From: Candidatus Hydrogenedentota bacterium
GTDB taxonomy: Bacteria > Hydrogenedentota > Hydrogenedentia > Hydrogenedentales > SLHB01
Reading direction: 5' to 3'
Length of the DNA: 64,000 nt
Assembly: GCA_045863295.1 (NCBI GenBank)
Contig: BTWA01000002.1
Location: 1-64,000, forward strand
A model generated the notes under the pieces. That model worked only from the letters and a program-made list of their open reading frames with translations. It was not told the origin of the DNA and did not search any database. A program made the translations under genes and the position numbers. How positions within the stretch are numbered: position 1 is the stretch's first letter; each line of letters begins with the position of its first letter. Below, in pieces: positions 58,785-64,000 of the stretch.

Positions 58785-59641
58785 AGCCGACATTCGACAT
58801 CGTCACGATTGTGGGTGCGGGACTGTTGGGCGGCTCACTGGGATTGGCGCTAAAAGCAAACGGCCAAGCGGGTGTAGTGCGCGGCGTGGGGCGGCGGCAG
58901 GAAACACTGGAGACCGCCAAAGCCCAAGGCGCCATCGACGAAGCCCACCTGGATTTACGAGTAGCGGTCAAAGACGCGGATCTGATTGTCGTCTGTACTC
59001 CAGTCCTTCAAACCATTGCTCAACTCGAAGAAATGACCGGCGAGATTTCCCCAAATGCCGTGGTGACGGACGTGGCCAGCACAAAGGCGGCGGTTTGCTC
59101 GGCCGTACGCGCCGCGTGGCCCAAGCCGTACCGCTTTATCGGCAGCCACCCGATGGCGGGTTCAGAGAAGTTTGGCCCCGAACATGCCCGGGCGGATTTG
59201 TACGACGGCAAGGTCGTGGTGGTAACACCGACCGAGTCCGACGATCCCGGCGCTCGCAAAACCATTTACCATCTATGGGAATCCCTGGGTGCTGATGTGG
59301 TGGAGATGGATGCACGGGTGCACGACGGTCTGGTGGCGCGTACCAGCCATGTGCCTCACATCGTGGCCGCATGCCTTTCGCAATTGGCGGCCGCGGCAGG
59401 CGACGACGCGAGTCCGGTGGCGGGTTCGGGTTTTCGCGACATGACCCGTGTAGCGGAAGGGCGGCCTGAATTGTGGCGCGACATTTGCCTCACCAACGTG
59501 GACGGCATATCCGAGGCGCTTCGCGATTTGGAAAATCAGTTGTCCGTGTTTCGCACGTGGCTGGAAGATCGTGCCGACGAAGACGTGGAAGTCTTTTTTC
59601 AGGCGGGCCGGGATGCGCGCGCGCAGGTGTTGCATGAATGA
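58781..59641 (+). CDS. tyrA: Prephenate/arogenate dehydrogenase
   Basis: GAGLLGGS, TDVASTK, GSHPMAGSE, HD..VA.TSHVPH, GFRDMTRVA. Confidence 0.94.
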   Translation: MKPTFDIVTIVGAGLLGGSLGLALKANGQAGVVRGVGRRQETLETAKAQGAIDEAHLDLRVAVKDADLIVVCTPVLQTIAQLEEMTGEISPNAVVTDVASTKAAVCSAVRAAWPKPYRFIGSHPMAGSEKFGPEHARADLYDGKVVVVTPTESDDPGARKTIYHLWESLGADVVEMDARVHDGLVARTSHVPHIVAACLSQLAAAAGDDASPVAGSGFRDMTRVAEGRPELWRDICLTNVDGISEALRDLENQLSVFRTWLEDRADEDVEVFFQAGRDARAQVLHE

Positions 59642-60264
59642 AGGGTGTATTCATCACATTCGAAGGCATTGAGGGCAGCGGAAAATCTACCCAAATTGCG
59701 CGCCTGCGGGCCTTTCTCGAATCCCACAACCAACCGGTCATTGAGACCCGCGAACCCGGCGGCACTCCCATTTCCGAATCCATCCGCGCTCTGTTGTTGA
59801 ATCCCGCGCATTCCGCCATGGTACCCATCACGGAATTGCTGCTGTATGCGGCGGCCCGCGCCCAGCACGTAGCCGAACGCATTACGCCGGCCCTGGAAGC
59901 GGGATACGTTGTGCTGAGCGACCGGTTCAGCGACTCCACATTGGCGTATCAGCAAGCGGGTCGAAGCCTTCCCGCGGAGGCCATCGAGGGCATTAACAAC
60001 TGGGCCACGGGCGGATTGTGCCCGGAATTGACGATCGTGATCGACGTGCCCGTGGAAATGGGTCTTCGCCGGGCGTTGAATGTAGGTGAACTCGACCGGA
60101 TTGAACAGGAATCACGCGAATTTCACGAGCGCGTTCGCCAGGCCTTCATCGATCTCGCGGAGCACGACTCGGAGCGGATCCACGTCATCGACGGCACATT
60201 GCCGGCGGACGAAGTGGAAAAGGCTATCCGGGAACTGGTGGCGCCGCTGCTGGAATTGCCATGA
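59638..60264 (+). CDS. tmk: Thymidylate kinase
   Basis: FITFEGIEGSGKSTQ, TREPGG, DRFSDSTLAYQ, DRIEQE. Confidence 0.97.
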   Translation: MKGVFITFEGIEGSGKSTQIARLRAFLESHNQPVIETREPGGTPISESIRALLLNPAHSAMVPITELLLYAAARAQHVAERITPALEAGYVVLSDRFSDSTLAYQQAGRSLPAEAIEGINNWATGGLCPELTIVIDVPVEMGLRRALNVGELDRIEQESREFHERVRQAFIDLAEHDSERIHVIDGTLPADEVEKAIRELVAPLLELP

Positions 60265-61349
60265 GTCTGGCAGGGATACGCGATCAGGAAGTGGCCTTGA
60301 AGCTGTTGCATAACGTGCTTCGGACACGACGCGTGCCCAACGGATTTCTGTTTCTCGGGCCGCCGGGAGTGGGCAAATTCACAACGGCAATGGAGTTGGC
60401 GAAGGCATTGTGTTGCGCGGCGGGGCAGGAAGACGCCTGCGACGCCTGCCTGGCGTGCCGCAAGGTGGAACATGGCAATCACCCCGATGTTACAGTGATC
60501 CGGCCCCGGGAAAAGACCCGCCTCATCAAGACGAAAGCGGTAGAAGAGATCAACAGCTTTGCCGCGTTGCGTCCGATGGAGGCTCCCCGACGGGTGTTCA
60601 TCATTGAAGATGCGGATCGGATGAACGACACCGCCCAGAACAAATTTCTGAAAACGCTGGAAGAACCGCCCGGCAAATGCGTGTTTATATTGGTGTCGTC
60701 GTATGCGAAATCGCTTTTGCCGACCATCCGGTCCCGTTGCCAAATGGTTCGATTTGGCACACTCCGGGAGGAGACGGTTCAAGCCTTGTTGACCCGAATG
60801 CGCGATGTGAACGAAGGGGATGCGGCGACGCTGGCCGCGATATCGGGCGGTCAGATGACGCGGGCGATCGACCTTGTGGATACCGACAAGCGGTCCATCG
60901 TGTTGACGCTGACCGAGAGCCTGGCGGCGGGGGCGGATCCCGTGCTTCTGGCAGAGGAATTTGCCGGCCGGTTGGCGGGCATGCGCAAACAGCACGAGGC
61001 CGACGTGAACGCGAGCCTCAAATCGGACGATCTGGACGACTACGATAAAGAAGAGGTCGACCGCATTAAGGAAGACCGGATGGCGGTACTGAATGCCCTG
61101 GTTCAGCGGGACATTCTGGAGTACCTCTATTTGATTGCGACCTGGTATCGCGACATCGGTATACTGTCCGCCACGGGTGACATGAGCCGGGTTTGGAACC
61201 GGGATCAGATATCGCGGTTGGAACGGGAAGGATCGCCGCGCGTTGCCGAAAAAATTGCCGCCATCGAGAGGACGCGCCGCTATCTCGATCGGTATATCAA
61301 TGAAGAGCGCGTGTTTCGCGATCTCTTCTTTCAGTTGGCGGCGAATTAG
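60261..61349 (+). CDS. holB: DNA polymerase III delta' subunit
   Basis: GPPGVGK, CDACLAC, HPDV, NKFLKTLEEPP, LLPTIRSRC. Confidence 0.95.
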   Translation: MSLAGIRDQEVALKLLHNVLRTRRVPNGFLFLGPPGVGKFTTAMELAKALCCAAGQEDACDACLACRKVEHGNHPDVTVIRPREKTRLIKTKAVEEINSFAALRPMEAPRRVFIIEDADRMNDTAQNKFLKTLEEPPGKCVFILVSSYAKSLLPTIRSRCQMVRFGTLREETVQALLTRMRDVNEGDAATLAAISGGQMTRAIDLVDTDKRSIVLTLTESLAAGADPVLLAEEFAGRLAGMRKQHEADVNASLKSDDLDDYDKEEVDRIKEDRMAVLNALVQRDILEYLYLIATWYRDIGILSATGDMSRVWNRDQISRLEREGSPRVAEKIAAIERTRRYLDRYINEERVFRDLFFQLAAN

Positions 61350-61370
61350 CCCATACAGGGAGTCGTATAG

Positions 61371-62534
61371 ATGCAGATGGTCAAAGTTCGCCTGCGCAAG
61401 CCAACGCGGGTGTTCACGTTCTTGTCCAAAGACTCGGAAATCAAGCGGAACGACAATCTGATTGTCCGCAGCGATCGCGGGCTCGAATTCGGAACCGCGA
61501 TTCTGCCACCCGAACCGTGCGCCGAAGATTTGGAACAGCGGTACAAGATGAATGTCGTGCGCAAGGCGACGCCCCACGATCTCACCTCCTTTATGCAGAT
61601 TCAGATTGAAGAAGGCCGGGCCATGGAGATTGCGCGGGAAAAGGTGAATTCGCGCAACCTGCCCATGAAGATGGTGGATGTGGAATACACGTTCGACAAG
61701 CAGCGCGTCATGTTCTATTTTGTCGCGGCGGATCGGGTGGACTTCCGCCAGTTGGTGCGCGATCTGGCGCAAGAGTTGAAGACGCGCATCGAGCTTCGGC
61801 ACATCCAGGTGCGCGACGAAGCCAAGATCAAAGGCGGTCTCGGCGTATGCGGGCGCGAACTGTGCTGCTCTACATGGCTGACCGAGTTCAAGCCCATTTC
61901 CATGAAGATGGCGAAGCGCCAGAACCTGAGCCTGAACCCCACCAAGATCAGCGGCCAATGTGGACGCCTCTTGTGCTGCCTCGGCTACGAGAACGAGGTG
62001 TACCAGATGCGCAAACGCGACGAGCAGAATGCGCTGGCGCAGCAGGCCGCCATGGAAGAGGACGACATCCCGGACAGCGAACTGGCCGCGCTGGAAGACG
62101 AACCCGCGAGCCGTGCCACCGCGCGCACAGGCGATCGCTCACCGGGCGGGCAGCGGCCCCAAGGGCCGCGCCGCGGCGATGACCGTCCTCAAGGAACCCA
62201 AGGCCGGCGTCCTGATCAAGGACCGTCCGGCCAACGCCCGGATCGCGGGGGGCGTCCGGAGCGGCCGCGCCCGGAACCGCAAGCGGGAAGCGGGCGTCCT
62301 GATCGACCCGACCGTCCGGATCGCGGGCCGCGCCCGGAACGGCCGCAACAGGAACCCCGCAGCGAACGGCCAGTTCAATCCATGCCGCCGGTTCGTACGG
62401 AAGCACCGGCGTCGCCCGGACCGGATTCCGATCAACCTTCACCCGATGGTGGGGCCGCGGAAGGCCAAGATAGCAAGCGCAGAGGACGCCGTCGACGCCG
62501 CCGGCGCAACCGGCCTGGCGGCGGCGAGTCGTGA
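61371..62534 (+). CDS. ricT: PSP1/RicT (YaaT) Fe-S protein with long Arg/Pro-rich disordered tail
   Basis: RVDFRQLVRDLA, RIELRHI.VRDEAK..GGLGVCGRELCCSTWL, MAKRQNLSLNPTKISGQCGRLLCCLGYE. Confidence 0.93.
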   Translation: MQMVKVRLRKPTRVFTFLSKDSEIKRNDNLIVRSDRGLEFGTAILPPEPCAEDLEQRYKMNVVRKATPHDLTSFMQIQIEEGRAMEIAREKVNSRNLPMKMVDVEYTFDKQRVMFYFVAADRVDFRQLVRDLAQELKTRIELRHIQVRDEAKIKGGLGVCGRELCCSTWLTEFKPISMKMAKRQNLSLNPTKISGQCGRLLCCLGYENEVYQMRKRDEQNALAQQAAMEEDDIPDSELAALEDEPASRATARTGDRSPGGQRPQGPRRGDDRPQGTQGRRPDQGPSGQRPDRGGRPERPRPEPQAGSGRPDRPDRPDRGPRPERPQQEPRSERPVQSMPPVRTEAPASPGPDSDQPSPDGGAAEGQDSKRRGRRRRRRRNRPGGGES

Positions 62535-63304
62535 CCGGACTGGTCGACACGCATTGCCATGTACAGGGCGAGGCGTTCGAGGGCGATCGGAATGACGTGC
62601 TGGAACGGGCTCTGTCCGTATTGCGCTGGATAGTGCTGATCGGGGATACGTTGGCTTCGAGCCGGCGCGGCGCGGAAATGACCCGCGAAGGCGTGTATGC
62701 GGCGGTGGGCGTGCATCCGTATCATCCCGAGGAGGTCACGGAGGCCGGCTTGGCGGAATTGCGCGAAATGGCCCGGCTGCCTCGTGTAGTGGCCATTGGC
62801 GAGATCGGCTTGGACTATTACAAATACAACCAGGCGCCCCGCGATGCCCAGCACGCGGCCTTTCGATCCCAGTTGGAACTGGCCTCGGAACTGGACCTGC
62901 CGGTGATTATCCACAACCGCGAGAGTCACACCGATCTAATGTCGATACTCGCGGAGTTCGACGGGCAATTGCCTGACGTACTGATGCATTGTTTCGCCGG
63001 CGATCAGGACTTTTTGCAGGCCTGCATCGAACGCGGGTACTACATCTCCTTCGCAGGCAACAGCACCTATCCCAAGGCACAGCCCTTGCGCGACGCGGCC
63101 GCGCAAGTACCAGAAGGTAAACTGTTGGTGGAAACCGATTCGCCGTATTTGTCACCACAGGCCTTGCGCGGCAAACGGTGCGAACCGGCATACGTCGCGC
63201 ATACGGCGCGCGCGCTGGCGGAATTGAGAGGCCTGACGCTCGACGCCTTCGCAGACCTGACCACCGCCAATGCCCGGCGGTTTTTTCGTATCCACGATGC
63301 CTGA
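62531..63304 (+). CDS. tatD: TatD family hydrolase
   Basis: DTHCH, GVHP, GEIGLDY, IIHNR, MHCF, ETDSPYL. Confidence 0.95.
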   Translation: MTGLVDTHCHVQGEAFEGDRNDVLERALSVLRWIVLIGDTLASSRRGAEMTREGVYAAVGVHPYHPEEVTEAGLAELREMARLPRVVAIGEIGLDYYKYNQAPRDAQHAAFRSQLELASELDLPVIIHNRESHTDLMSILAEFDGQLPDVLMHCFAGDQDFLQACIERGYYISFAGNSTYPKAQPLRDAAAQVPEGKLLVETDSPYLSPQALRGKRCEPAYVAHTARALAELRGLTLDAFADLTTANARRFFRIHDA

Positions 63305-63566
63305 TCCGCAGTCGACACGTCGCCCCACGGATTTCCGGTCGCGAATTACCTGGGACTGGGTTGTTCTGGTGTGCTGCGCCATGGTGGCCACGGCCGCGGC
63401 AGGATACCAACTGCTTTGGAACCCGTCCGATGGGCTGAGCGGGAGCCTGCTACTTCGCAAACTCTTCTTGCCCGGTTTGCTCTGGGTGTTGGCGGCGGAT
63501 CAATTCTTCACCGGCAAAAGACGCTTTCTGAACGGCGCCGCGCGCCGCCGTGGACGCGAGAAATAG
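63297..63566 (+). CDS. Small hypothetical 2-TM membrane protein
   Basis: ATG overlaps the tatD end; two hydrophobic segments; fills the gap before the next gene. Confidence 0.5.
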   Translation: MPDPQSTRRPTDFRSRITWDWVVLVCCAMVATAAAGYQLLWNPSDGLSGSLLLRKLFLPGLLWVLAADQFFTGKRRFLNGAARRRGREK

Positions 63567-63633
63567 TCAGCGCCACAGGCGGAGCGCCCCTTTCTTGCGC
63601 GCGGCGAATGCATCGTGAAACAATCCGTATGTA

Positions 63634-64000
63634 ATGAATGCCACCCACTCAAACGCGGTCGCGTCCACGAAAAACGCCGAGGCACCGCTCGTATCAGTCG
63701 CCTTGCTCACATGCAACGGTGGAGCCTTACTGGGCCGGTTGTTGCAGGCGGTGAAAGGCCAATTGACACCGCACCCCATTGAGATTGTCGCCGTGGATTC
63801 CGGATCGACAGACGGCACGCTGGATATTCTCAAGGAGCACAACGTTCGCGTCATTCCAATTGCACCGGAAGACTTTGATTTTGGTAAGACGCGGGATTTG
63901 GTGTTCGAACAAACCCGGGGTTCCTTCATCGTATCGCTATCTCAGGACGCGATTCCCGCGACACAGAACTGGCTGGAGAATTTGTTGAAGCCGTTTGACG
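63634..64000 (+). CDS. GT2 glycosyltransferase (rhamnosyltransferase-like), truncated by the window end
   Basis: Manual translation: VSVALLTCNGG...IVAVDSGSTDGT...EDFDFGKTRD...SLSQDAIP..NWLENL. Confidence 0.88.
   Translation, partial: MNATHSNAVASTKNAEAPLVSVALLTCNGGALLGRLLQAVKGQLTPHPIEIVAVDSGSTDGTLDILKEHNVRVIPIAPEDFDFGKTRDLVFEQTRGSFIVSLSQDAIPATQNWLENLLKPFD

Overview
GC-rich bacterial chromosomal window of mostly housekeeping genes with several accessory patches. Core blocks are nfuA; phoH-pgpH(7TM-HD)-ybeY followed by two CNNM/CBS genes; surA-DUF624-eno-ftsB; recD2; cls; GT2-nagD-tilS-hpt; a surface-glycan cluster; and infC-rpmI-rplT-hisA-tyrA-tmk-holB-ricT-tatD. There is one tRNA-Ser(UGA). 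PVC-type genes (DUF1549/1553 cytochrome c, DUF1501, a CxxCH/HEAT dehydrogenase-like protein, a Tat sulfatase) sit beside a Firmicutes-like tmk-holB-ricT order. This would fit a lineage such as Hydrogenedentota, but that is inference only. The main finding is a stand-alone ~797-aa fusion of an ATP-grasp ligase to a KamA-family radical-SAM 2,3-aminomutase whose lysine-binding acidic residues appear replaced. It is a candidate one-gene system that makes a beta-amino acid and ligates it. Other notable items: a cysteine-less RcnR-type repressor with a canonical operator; two unrelated RAYT (Y1) transposases, each flanked by its own palindromic repeat family; a tandem pair of orphan membrane paralogs; a probable CTG start for phoH; and an ATC start plus an L20-leader-like attenuator for infC. 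All family calls come from motif recognition by eye; no database search was run.
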